From Vermamoeba vermiformis (lineage: Eukaryota): a stretch of 64,000 nucleotides of DNA. Every line of letters begins with the position of its first letter. Position 1 is the stretch's first letter. Made by a program: the position numbers and the translations under genes. The notes under the pieces are model-generated. The model made no database searches. It was not told the origin of the DNA and was given only the letters and a program-made list of their open reading frames with translations. The stretch is from positions 62,001 through 126,000 of the forward strand of contig JBEWZL010000126.1 of assembly GCA_045837725.1 (NCBI GenBank). Direction: 5' to 3'. This document shows, piece by piece, positions 14,113-24,671 of the stretch.

Positions 14113-14690
14113 GACTCAGCCATAATTGTCGCTAGCAGCTTGTTAAGAATTAATAAAAGTAAGTAAGTTAATAAAAAATTAAGAGATGCGATTTTTGTCA
14201 GGCAATATTACCTTCTTAAAACCCGAATATTATAATTTGGAATAATTGTGCGCTTATAATTAATCAAAAATATTATTTTTCCTTTTTTGTTTTCGAATCA
14301 ACCTACCTCGATCTGGGCAGCTGCGATGCATGCTTGCAAACCCTAATTGGACGAATATATATTATCATTCTTCAAATTGGACTTTTGGGTGTCAGTTGTG
14401 GTGCTGAATACGCAATTTTATCAAACACGCCGAGATGCGAAATTCAGAATTGAAGCTCTCCCTCGTGCGATTATCCTCAAAACCATATCATGATATAGAA
14501 TGCTATCTGTATTGCAGGTCTACGCATTATGAATGAATTTGCACGATGAGGATTTGATAAATTGAGTCAACTCAAACTCGATCTTCTTTCTCGTGCAAAC
14601 TGCTTTATCCGCCACCACTTGTCGTACCATAGGGTATATCGTCTATGGATGCAATTTGGGCGAAATCGCACGATGAGGAGGAGCGTCCAA
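14113..14690. repeat. Diverged ~550-bp non-coding direct repeat, copy 1 (upstream of the GTPase-HSP20 gene)
   Basis: Colinear exact blocks shared with 19549-20100, e.g. TAAGAATTAATAAAAGTA, CGATCTGGGCAGCT, CAGTTGTGGTGCTGAATACGCAA, ATTATGAATGAATTTGCACGATGAGG (copy 1; differs at its first base in copy 2) and TTGATAAATTGAGTCAACTCAA. Confidence 0.9.
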
Positions 14691-14802
14691 ATTTGATCTA
14701 GTCGTAAATAAAGACCCGCGAACAAAAAAAAAACAGTCGTGGCTGTATTTACTATTTACTGTATCCTATTGTTTTCGACATCTCGAACTGCGATCTTTGC
14801 TT

Positions 14803-17800
14803 TCAGTCCAGACTTCCGTCGGTAGTACTAGCAGATTCAATGAGAGATTCATCCTCAGCACCCGCGTCTCTATTAGAAGGCCATACGGACAACCAATGAT
14901 TGTTGTTGACATAGGCCAACACCACAGTCTCGTCGTGCCTTTTTTCGTGAGGACTGAACTTGAGCGGTAACAATTCGCTGAAGTTATTGGCGACGTAGTA
15001 CTCGAGATCCACCCTTTGAACGAACAATTAAAACCTTTGTTTGCGATTGGGACCAAGTCCAACTTACCCAAACATAATGGCAGCAACCATTGCAAACTCG
15101 GATCCGCACCAACTTTTCGGCGTTTTATGCTCCGTTGCCCATTTTCTGGCCTTCTCCTCGTTGTCAAAGTAGGGAGCAAGTTCATCGTACGTAGAAATCA
15201 ACATCCAATTCTTCTTTGCAAATTCACAGATCTCTTCTCTAAGATCGTCCTGGTCGCCGTCAAACAGCAGCATCTCTTTGAGATGATCCAACAAAGCGTA
15301 CATGAGGCAGTCACCGTCAGCTAGATTATCTTGCACTCGGAGATGTCGTCGTTTCAACTCTTGCACGGTACTTTCATAGTTGGAAAAGGCTTGAATTGCT
15401 GGGGTGACGAATGACGATGAAAGAGTGACGAGATTGCCCAACGACATTTGTGAATTGACAGGCTCAACTGAGTCAATCTCCGGAGCACGCTTCATCACCT
15501 CCGTTACTATATTGATCGTTAGTAAGTCACTCATATTACCAAATGGTATGAACGTACTTTGACCTTTCTTAAATCTCGTTTTCGGAGACCAAGTGAACAG
15601 ATAGTTCTGTAACTGAACGAAGCCACAATCACGAAAAATTTTGGCAGCATGTTGCTCGCGCTTCTTGTAGTGATCGATCCACTTTGCTGCTCGTAGCGTC
15701 GTTTTTGGGTTGGCCTTTGAACTACCTTTCTTCGAGCGAACTTCTCCAAGGTTTGTCGGAATTGTCATTCCATTCAAAAAGTCATTGGGCGGGCAAAACG
15801 ACAAGTTGTACAGCGCGTCAGTGCGGTAGATGACAGGTCCTTGAATAGCATAGCCGCCAGGTGGAAGCACGCCCATGTACATCGGCCACTTTTTGAAGTT
15901 GTGGCGGTACGTGTCGATGTTGACCTTGCATGAGATAGCCACTAATGATTGAAGGACTGCAAGTTGATATGCCAGCTGCTTGACAACGTCCTCTAATATC
16001 GGTTGTTGTGCTTGCGGAAAAAAATCAACGAAGTGGGGTTGTTTCTGCAAAAAGTGAACCAACGTCTCCAAGTGCGACACTTCCAACTTTCCTTGATCTT
16101 TTTCGAGCTTGATATTTTTCAAGAAGGCAAGTGCCGTGATATATGGGGTGCTGTCGTCAATGTCCATTCTTCTTACGGCCAACATCAGCAACTTTTCGTT
16201 CTCTTTGATGACCTCTAGCGACTTCTGCCACAGCTCGGTTTCAAGTTCAATCAAGAATGATTGGGTCCACATCAAGGCACGGGCTGGTGTGCATTGACGC
16301 AATCGAAGTACCAATAACTTGAACTCCGAGAAGGCTTCAACATTGTCAGGCACTCGTATGATGTATGGGATCTTGAACTGCGTTGCAATGAGGCGGATGG
16401 ATTCGAAGTAAATGTCGAGTTCACTGTTGTCAGGCACAACGCTGAAAATGATGTCTAACTTGCTTGGGAGACACAACTGGGAAACTTTTGCGTAGTGTGA
16501 ACGATACATGTCAAGCTGTGACTCTTCTACAACAAGCGTGATCAAATGCTCCATGTCACCTTCCAAGCACTCAAAGTCAATTCTTTTCTGTCGTACTAGG
16601 CACCCGTGCTCATCAAAGGCTTTAGAGGGAATGAATAGGCAAAGCCCTCCCTTGCCTTGATGATTGCGCATCTTGTTCGCAATGTTCTCGAGCAAGCCTT
16701 TGACACGAGGTGACAGCACCATAGTGACTTGCTTTGACTTGACATCTCGCTCGAAGGTAATCACATCATTCTCTTTGCTAGTCGTCTTAACTTCTTGGAG
16801 CTAAAAGTCAATTAGTAATGGTTTACCAGGAACATTGTCTACGTACCTGCAGAACTTTGCCTTTAAAAGCAGGTGCTTGGCTGGAAACTTTCTGATAGAT
16901 CTCGCCAATGATAGAGTCCATGACTGTTTGATGCTCATTTCCAAACAGCCCAGTAAGCGGGTTTTCAGCACTTTGGCGACTGATCTTCTTTGCTACCATA
17001 TCAAGTCGGTAATTGGCGTTTTGGAACCACTCCAATAGAATCTTCCTCCATTGGGCAATCAGAGACTTAGTAGTCTCGAGAACACCCTTCGGAAGACTGA
17101 TCTCTTTGGCCAGCGAGTCGGTGATCTGCTGACACACTTGCCTGAACGTATCTTTGCATATTTCAGGAATGCCGTAGCTCTTCACTTTGTCTCGTATCAG
17201 TTGCACAAGTCGATCGAGATGCTCAGCGCTTCGTCGTTTGATCCACGAAGAGATCAGATCTGTGAGCTTCATATCGGACAGCTCGTTTGAATGGATAGGC
17301 ACGACACAGCTTTGAGAGTATATGGCGTCCATTTGAGCAATTGAGAATTCGAGTAAGGGGTTCTCTGTTGCGCCTTTGGTTACACCAAGTTTCTTCATCA
17401 GATCTTGCAAGTAACGCTTTAACAGTGTCTCGCCGTGGCCTCTAATCCGTCTTAGCAATGCCAGCGTCTTTTTCAAGCATAGGTTACTCATGGATTCAAT
17501 GGCAGTTGCACGAGATTGCTGATCCATCGACACTTTGGAGTAGTAGTTCTGAGCCAACTTCTCCAGCCTTGAAACCAAGTCCTGAAGTTCAGAATCTATC
17601 ACAGGATCGAACTCCGCGTTGAGCTTGCCTTCGTACACGTTGACCTTGTCCTTGATGCCCTTGGATGCCTTGCCGTCAGTAGTTCCCATGACGTTGATAG
17701 CGAACAACAAGCTGCAGGCGCCACGAACTATAACACGCACTGAGTTGACACGAACGCCGTCGAGAATCTTGGCAAACAGGCTTTTGCGTGCCTCTGCCGA

Positions 17801-19338
17801 TGTGAGCATGGTCTCAGGATGGATGATGATGACACGTGCTGCAATGTCACCGAGGAGCGAAAGTCGCATGATCGGGTCGTAGTCAGTCAAAAGGTCCGTG
17901 TCGTCCGCTGCAGCCATAATCATTTCCATTTGTCTGTCTTCTTCTTCTTGTAGAGTAAGTTGACTGTCCGCCTTAGTGACCACACCAATCACAGGCAGTC
18001 CACGTGCCGGGTTATCAAACACGCCTTGACGCTCCAAGAACTTCAAAGACTCAGCGGTAAGCAACGTCGACTTGGGCAGCATGATCATGTCAGCAGTGCT
18101 AATCTCCTTCTTGACAAGTCCTGCTTGAAAAGACGATGATTCGGCCAAGCCCATCGTGTCCACCAGCTCCAACTTCTCGGGCATGTCCCACGGTCCGTGG
18201 ATCTCCATGTGGTCGATGGCAAGGACGATGTCAGCTGGCACGGAGGCATAGTTGAAGTATCTGCTCCAGTTACTAACTTCTCCAATTGACTTGAGCCTGC
18301 GGACTACATTTGATTCTCCAAACTTCAACGTGACATTGAGCTGCTCTAAAAACAGTTCATCGCGCGTCCCACCTCTCTCTTGATAGGTCGCCAAAGGACA
18401 AGTCACAGCAAAGATGGTAAACTCTTGTGAATCACTTCGTTTCAGATGGTAGTTGAAACATGTTAGCGAAGTCACTTTGTGTTGCACATCGCGGTTATCG
18501 AGTGGCAGCTTGCCCCAGTCATTGATTCGTTCAGCCCTTGGCAGCAAGGCAATCTTGTTGGCAGCAACACTTTTGCCACTGCCAGGCTCGCCGATCAAGC
18601 AGATCTTTGGTTCGTGATCTTTCATTTCACGAGCGATCTTGATTAAATCTTTGTTTCGCTAGCAAAGAAATACATTAATATAATGAATGTTACATACAGT
18701 GCCTAATTAAGAGCACTTACGCCGTCCAAAAAAGTGCGCTGTGACTGATGCACTTGCGGTGACTCAATAATTGTTTCGCACAATTTGTTGCACTCGTTAA
18801 CCAAGCCATGAACTTCGTCTGCATTAACGAACACACGGTCGCAAAACTTGAAGTCCCGTTGAACTTTTTGCTTCTTTTGCGGCGGAGAATCCAATTCTGC
18901 ACATGAATTTCTTGTAAATATTATTTCTAGGCAATTCGCAACTAAAATCTATTTACCTTGGTCACTCGAGGTCGATCGCCTTTTCTTTTGCTGACTACCT
19001 TCAAAATTCTGAAACGAATCTGGATCTATTTCTTCAAGTACGGCGTGCAGAAACCAATTCTTGAATGCAGAATTATTCTTTGATTTAACAATATCAAGCA
19101 GTTTGAGCACTCCTTGTACGCTAACAAAGGAGCCCTTGTGGCTTGAGATTTTTGTTGAGCAATTTGACGGCAGCGCTTGTAGGTGTTGTCGAATATTCTT
19201 TAGATCGAGGATCTTCTCAAGATCTGGAACGTAGAAGCCAAGGCATTGACCACTCCCCTTAATTTTCAGGAGAGTGTGCTTTGACAGGTTCAACGGCGGC
19301 GTAAGTGTTTCTGAAATGAAGTTGGTGACTGTTGTCAT
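14803..19338 (-). CDS. Multidomain protein: Bro-N-like + NLS + dynamin-like GTPase + GREB1/TAGT-like glycosyltransferase fold + OTU deubiquitinase
   Basis: Five exons joined in phase (introns ~18956-18897, 18720-18659, ~16846-16801, ~15067-15014). Bro-N-like FYVPDLEKILDLKNIR...FVSVQGVLKLL..KSKNNSAFKNWF; NLS PPQKKQKV; GEPGSGKS, LVDTMGL, VVTKAD; LFIPSK...LVVEESQLDMY...YIIRVPDN; OTU ADGDCLMYAL...WCG...NNHWLSV. Confidence 0.78.
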
Positions 19339-19548
19339 CCTCGTGTAAATACGTATCGAATAAAATACGTATTCTCCGCCGCTTTTGTTGCTGATATTTT
19401 GAAATCTCGCGCGACTTTGTTCCCGCTCACAATCTTAAGTTGCATCCGAATCACCAAGTTGCTGCACTCAATCGAATCCATTTTCAGGTGCAGAAAATTG
19501 CTGCAAAATGGATAGTAAGTGATTGAAAATGGAAGTAGGGACAGGAAA

Positions 19549-20100
19549 GAGTCAGCCACAATCGTAAGAATTAATAAAAGTATTGTGGTAAAGAGATGCG
19601 TTATAGTATAATTGCTAATCTACCTTCTTAGAACCAGATATTATAATTGAAATTATTGGGTGCTTATAATAATAATTTAATCACGAATAAATATTTTTTC
19701 CCTCGAATCACTTACTACTTCGATCTGGGCAGCTCCGATGCAGCTTGCAAACCCTGATTGGGTGCACATATATTTAACATTCCTCAAATGGGACATGAGT
19801 GCCAGTTGTGGTGCTGAATACGCAAGTTTGTGAAAACGACTTGATGCGGATTTTTGAAGCTCTCCCTCGTGCAATTGTCCTCAAAAACGTATAATTATAT
19901 AGAATGCTATATGTATTGCAGATTCCCCTATTATGAATGAATTTGCACGATGAGGGATTGATAAATTGAGTCAACTCAATCCGCACTCGATCTCCATTCT
20001 TTCTCGTGCAAATTGCTTTATCCGCTGCCACTCGCCGTATCATATGATAGATTAACTAATTATGAAATTTGGTCAAAATCGCACGATGAGGAGGCGCATG
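19549..20100. repeat. Diverged ~550-bp non-coding direct repeat, copy 2 (upstream of the Bro-N/GTPase/OTU gene)
   Basis: Alignable by eye with 14113-14690 in the same orientation. Confidence 0.9.
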
Positions 20101-20920
20101 TCGCGTCCATCTTTTCATCATTTGATCTGATGACTCGACCACAACTGGTTTGACAATGCGATAGAATTCATTTTTATTTACTTTTTTATATATTAATGAT
20201 TGCACTCTGTGTAAAGACGATAGCTGTTGGAGATGCAAGGCGAGATTTAAAAAGCTCAATGTTAAAGATGAATTCTAAGCCACGCAAATATAATTATCGT
20301 TAAGCAATTAAATATATACCACTATTTTATTCCCTTTTGAGCAGTGCTGCGCTGCAAGACTGGCCAATGGAAGAAAGATAACCTTATGATTCGTCCGCAA
20401 TTTTCTAAAATTATAAGACTGTCGAATTATTGCATGGTATGTTCCAGCATTTCACCGACAAACAACGGCGTAATTTTGAAAATGACTAAAAATTTCCATC
20501 TAGCCGCCGGCGAGAGGAAACTAGCCAGTACAGCTCGATTCGCGACAATAAGGCCAAGTTGCAAGATTCAAACGTAAAATGAAGTAAGTGCACGTGCTTT
20601 GATCAAGTTTTTAATCTCGCGGGTCACGGATGGACTTCAGCAAGAAAATTCCGCGATTGCACTTTTGCAGTTAACTTTGCTTTTCAACGATTAATGATGG
20701 GTGCATATTTAGATCCAGCTTTTGATTCTTTCATTTTTCTGGGTCTCGAGATTGAACCAATTCGCCTTGCACGAGCGGAAATTTTGCTTGCACGCCACCG
20801 AACGTTTGACGAGATTCCCGTAGCATGCCCGGGATTTGCCGCCAATAAAAGCTGCTGGTTTGTATCATTAATGATTTAATTTTATTTACGGTAACACAAC
20901 AGCAGTTCGTCGAAAGCCCA

Positions 20921-22777
20921 ATGGATCGTTACGATTACATTATCGTTGGTGCTGGCGCATCTGGCTGTGCACTGGCCGGGACTCTAGCATTGAATTTGAA
21001 CATTCTCAAAGACTCCAAGATCCTGGTGCTAGAATCTGGTCGAGATATTACTCAAGAGGACTTAATCAAGATGCACAAAAATTCGGGAAATATTCCTGGA
21101 TCTGGCCAAGGATTCGAGTGGAAGGATCAAACAGTTACTCAATCTAAAGTCAACACTCCAGTTGTTATTTTTCCGCAAGGAAAAGGATTTGGCGGAGGCA
21201 GTTCAGTGAACGGCATGCTTTGGGCTCGTGGCCATCCTGATGACTACAACAGCTGGATCCCGAACGACAAGAAAGATGATCCTCAGTGGAGAAGATGGAG
21301 CTCAGAGAACATCACAAATATTTTTGATGCAATCGAGCCAACGAATATTCCTGTTATCAAAGAGCCCTTTCCAACACAGCAAACTTTAACGCCGGCAGAA
21401 GACAAACCTCCATTAATTATTGACGAAGTTTCAATCGTGGTTCGAAACACTGAATTGCAACAACTACAATACGTCCCTGCAAAGAGCTTCGTTAATGAGG
21501 TGTGCACAACAAAACACCCGTTCAAGCAGAACTATTTGAGGGATTTGACAGAGTGCGTGTCATATCCGATCTTCAACATTGCAGGCAATCCCGGCGAGCA
21601 CATCAGATGCGATGCTTATTCGATCTTCTTGAATGGTTTGGCTCAAGTTATTCACACTCCAAACTCGAACAGCACTACACCGAAGCCGGTTGACAACAAG
21701 CCCACTCGTACTGGTCCCATAGTCCATATTCTCGAGCACGCCTTTGTGTTTGACTTCATTTGTGATGACTTGAAGCGTGACACTGCCGACCAGTTTGACC
21801 TGCAGCGCAAAATTACTGGAGTCAAGTTCTTTGATGAACGATCAAGTAGAGAAGTGTATTTGACTGACAGACCAAACGCACAAGTCATTCTTTGTGCCGG
21901 AGCAATTCGCACACCTCAGATATTGTTGCTTGCTGGTGTTGGCGAAGGCAAGAATATGAAGCTGAATGATTCAGAGGTGCGTCTTAGACTGCCAAAAGTT
22001 GGACAGAACCTTCGAGATCACGTTGCAACAACAGTTTTGGCAAAAGTCAACACGGCGAAGTGGATCGATTCGAGGATTCCAGAACTATTCACGTACAAGC
22101 CTACAATGTTGCATCAATATTTGCAGTCTCCGATTCGATTGGTCAACACAACAGCTGTCGTGGTGTTTTTTTCACTGAAGAACCAATCTTCCAAGGACAA
22201 TCGTCCTTCGTTCCAACTTCAATCGAATACGGCACAAATCGTTAGCGTACAACCTGGTAAGGACCAACCTGATGTCGGCAATTACTTTGGATTGGCTGTC
22301 ATCAAACTTCGTCCTGAAAGCAAAGGAAGTGTTACACTCGAATCCCGGTTTGCACTTGATTCTCCCGCAATCAATCCGAACTACTTGGATAATGAAGACG
22401 ATTTTAAGGGCCTCTGTGAAGCAACTAAAGAAGCACTGGAACTCCTGCGACACGAGAATTTCAAAAAGTGGCTCGATGATCCTGAGAACCCCGACATCAC
22501 TCCTGATAAGGACGAGGACTTAGAGCACTACATCCGCTCGAACATTGCATCATACGCACACTTTGTAGGCACGTGTCAGATGGGAGAAGATCCAAAGGAC
22601 AGCGTCGTTGGACCGAACTTGAAGGTTTGGGGCTTTGCCAACTTACGCATTGCCGATGCATCGATCATACCTTCTTTGCCTTCAGCGAACACGAATGCAA
22701 CTGCAATGATGATTGGCATTCAGTGTGCACACTTGATAATTACTGAAGTATGCAGCAAACACGTATCTAAATTGTAG
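20921..22777 (+). CDS. GMC family FAD-dependent oxidoreductase (choline dehydrogenase/alcohol oxidase-like), intronless
   Basis: YDYIIVGAGASG, GKGFGGGSSVNGMLWARG, ILCAGAIRTPQILLLAGVG, VGQNLRDH, HFVGTCQMG, NLRIADASIIP, SANTNATAMMIG. Confidence 0.95.
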   Translation: MDRYDYIIVGAGASGCALAGTLALNLNILKDSKILVLESGRDITQEDLIKMHKNSGNIPGSGQGFEWKDQTVTQSKVNTPVVIFPQGKGFGGGSSVNGMLWARGHPDDYNSWIPNDKKDDPQWRRWSSENITNIFDAIEPTNIPVIKEPFPTQQTLTPAEDKPPLIIDEVSIVVRNTELQQLQYVPAKSFVNEVCTTKHPFKQNYLRDLTECVSYPIFNIAGNPGEHIRCDAYSIFLNGLAQVIHTPNSNSTTPKPVDNKPTRTGPIVHILEHAFVFDFICDDLKRDTADQFDLQRKITGVKFFDERSSREVYLTDRPNAQVILCAGAIRTPQILLLAGVGEGKNMKLNDSEVRLRLPKVGQNLRDHVATTVLAKVNTAKWIDSRIPELFTYKPTMLHQYLQSPIRLVNTTAVVVFFSLKNQSSKDNRPSFQLQSNTAQIVSVQPGKDQPDVGNYFGLAVIKLRPESKGSVTLESRFALDSPAINPNYLDNEDDFKGLCEATKEALELLRHENFKKWLDDPENPDITPDKDEDLEHYIRSNIASYAHFVGTCQMGEDPKDSVVGPNLKVWGFANLRIADASIIPSLPSANTNATAMMIGIQCAHLIITEVCSKHVSKL

Positions 22778-22881
22778 TAAAGGAGTGGTAGAATCCAAAA
22801 TATTGTTAACTCTTGTTTTTGATGGCAATGCAGTGCTAATTGGCGTAAAAGTTGATTTATGGATGCGGACATTAAATGCCG

Positions 22882-24594
22882 CTACTTGCTTGCACAAACC
22901 TGAGTTAAGTCAAAGCAACTAGATAGAGCATTGATAGCTGCCTGAGCAGAGGATGGTCTACCAGCATATTGAACCAATAAGGTCATAAATTTCATAGTGA
23001 AGTGCGGCCGCCCTTGCAATGTCTTAGAAATTCTCTCCAATAATTGCTCAAGTTCCTTTTGTTGCTGTGAGTCACTTTGCTTCCAAACTTCATCTAAAGC
23101 AAGGTTTTCTTGAAGATATTTCATAACTCCATCAGGGCTGAAGACAGGAAAGAGTTGCAAGTACACAACTGATTTGTCTTTCGCTAGTGGGGATTTCAAG
23201 TTTTGAGTGACATTAATTGGTCCAGTTCCTGCTATTATCTTCTTAGTTATATGAAGAGGACAAGAGTACAACACTAATGCACCAAGCAAAGAACGCCTAC
23301 AAATAACATCAGAAAGTTAATAGCAAGTCAAATTCTTACACTTCATATTCCAAGGAAAGAACTTGATTTGCAGCTACAAACTGGGCTTCATCCACAACCA
23401 ACCAAACTTTGCAATTTTGGAGAAGTGGTACCAGAAACAGTCTTTGAATGGAAGCTGGGAGACTGTAGTTTTTAAAACAGTCATTAAGCAGGTATTCTTG
23501 AATGGCTGTGATAATCTTGCTTCCATCATTTGTTGTCCAGTACAACCAGTCACGTGGTGTTAGTGCTTTGTTATGTCCTAGAAGGATCTTTAGAGCAATG
23601 GCTTTGGCTAACCAAAACAATGTGCAACTTTGAATAATGCAGGTGGATTTTTGAACTTTTGACATTTTTTTCTTTAAAATGCCATCAATATGCAATTGTA
23701 GTGAGATGTAAGGATAATCTACCTGCATAAGTCATGTTAAGGATTGGCTATCAATCAATCGAGTACTTACAAAGTCGGCGATCTGCCGTCCACCGCACTC
23801 AGTGTAAAAAAGAAAGGCTCTTTCACTAAGGTTAAAGATCGCTCCTGTTGCACTTTAAGTTAGTGTCGGACTGATAACAAGCTGGCTGTACGTACCTGTT
23901 TTACCAGCTCCCGAAGCTGCTTGTAGAACGTAACAAAAAACAGTAGAGGTGTCATATTTTTCAACTGCTTCGAACAGGTGTGCCATTGCCTTGTCGGGCA
24001 TAGTAGTGCCTGCCCAGCGCGGTTCAAAATAGCTCTCATTTTTGGTCGGATTTGTCGGTAGATTGCACTTGTAAAGAATTCCGAGTTGATTTTTTTGGAA
24101 GTCAGTGACCTCTTGGGCAGTTTTTCGTCGAAGTGTGAAGTCAAACGACGTAAAAAATCTCTGCTTGCAGTCTTTCACTAGTTCCTCCACAGTAAACGGA
24201 AAAGGGTCAGATCCGACGTGTAGTTGCTTCGAGTAGGTGCCTGTAGAGCGCCGTCTGGGATTTGAACTGTTCCAGCAAATTTGCAGCCTGCACGTAATTG
24301 TCGGTTAGCTCCGATAGTAAACTCGACAAAATTAATTGAACGAAAAAATACCTTGGTGCAGAAATATTGTGGCTTATCACTCTACTTCGTTCATTGCGTT
24401 GGCATTTATTCAGTTGCGAGCAAAATCCAATGCAGGTCCGCGCTGGTCGTACTATGCGAACCAGTGTTTGTGCACGATTACACTTGATAATGGTAGTAAA
24501 CATTGGATCCGTGGGCTAGTAGCGTCTACAATAGAATAAAATGAGAACACCTGCAAATTTTACTTCAATACAAATTATCGTTTAACTCACCATG
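22882..24594 (-). pseudogene. P-loop NTPase gene or remnant, Crinkler-associated/STAND-like NTPase type, probably truncated
   Basis: Walker A VLQAASGAGKT, Walker B WLVVDEAQ and downstream LQGRP in successive exons. The 5' exons cannot be put in one clean frame, and the 3' end runs into the GMC gene terminus. Confidence 0.5.
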
Positions 24595-24671
24595 TTTATG
24601 TATCATTGCCCAAAGACGGTAAAACCACACCAAATAGCAGGTAAATCCCGAATTCTAGCACTAAGGATCGG

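Noticed and set aside
19774-20043. 89-aa ORF in the repeat module as a real gene
   Set aside because: The other copy has indels and an early stop in this frame, so conservation is not codon-like.
14113-20100. LTR retrotransposon bounded by the direct repeats
   Set aside because: No gag, RT or integrase between the repeats, no clear TG...CA ends, PBS or TSD seen, and the enclosed gene has introns.
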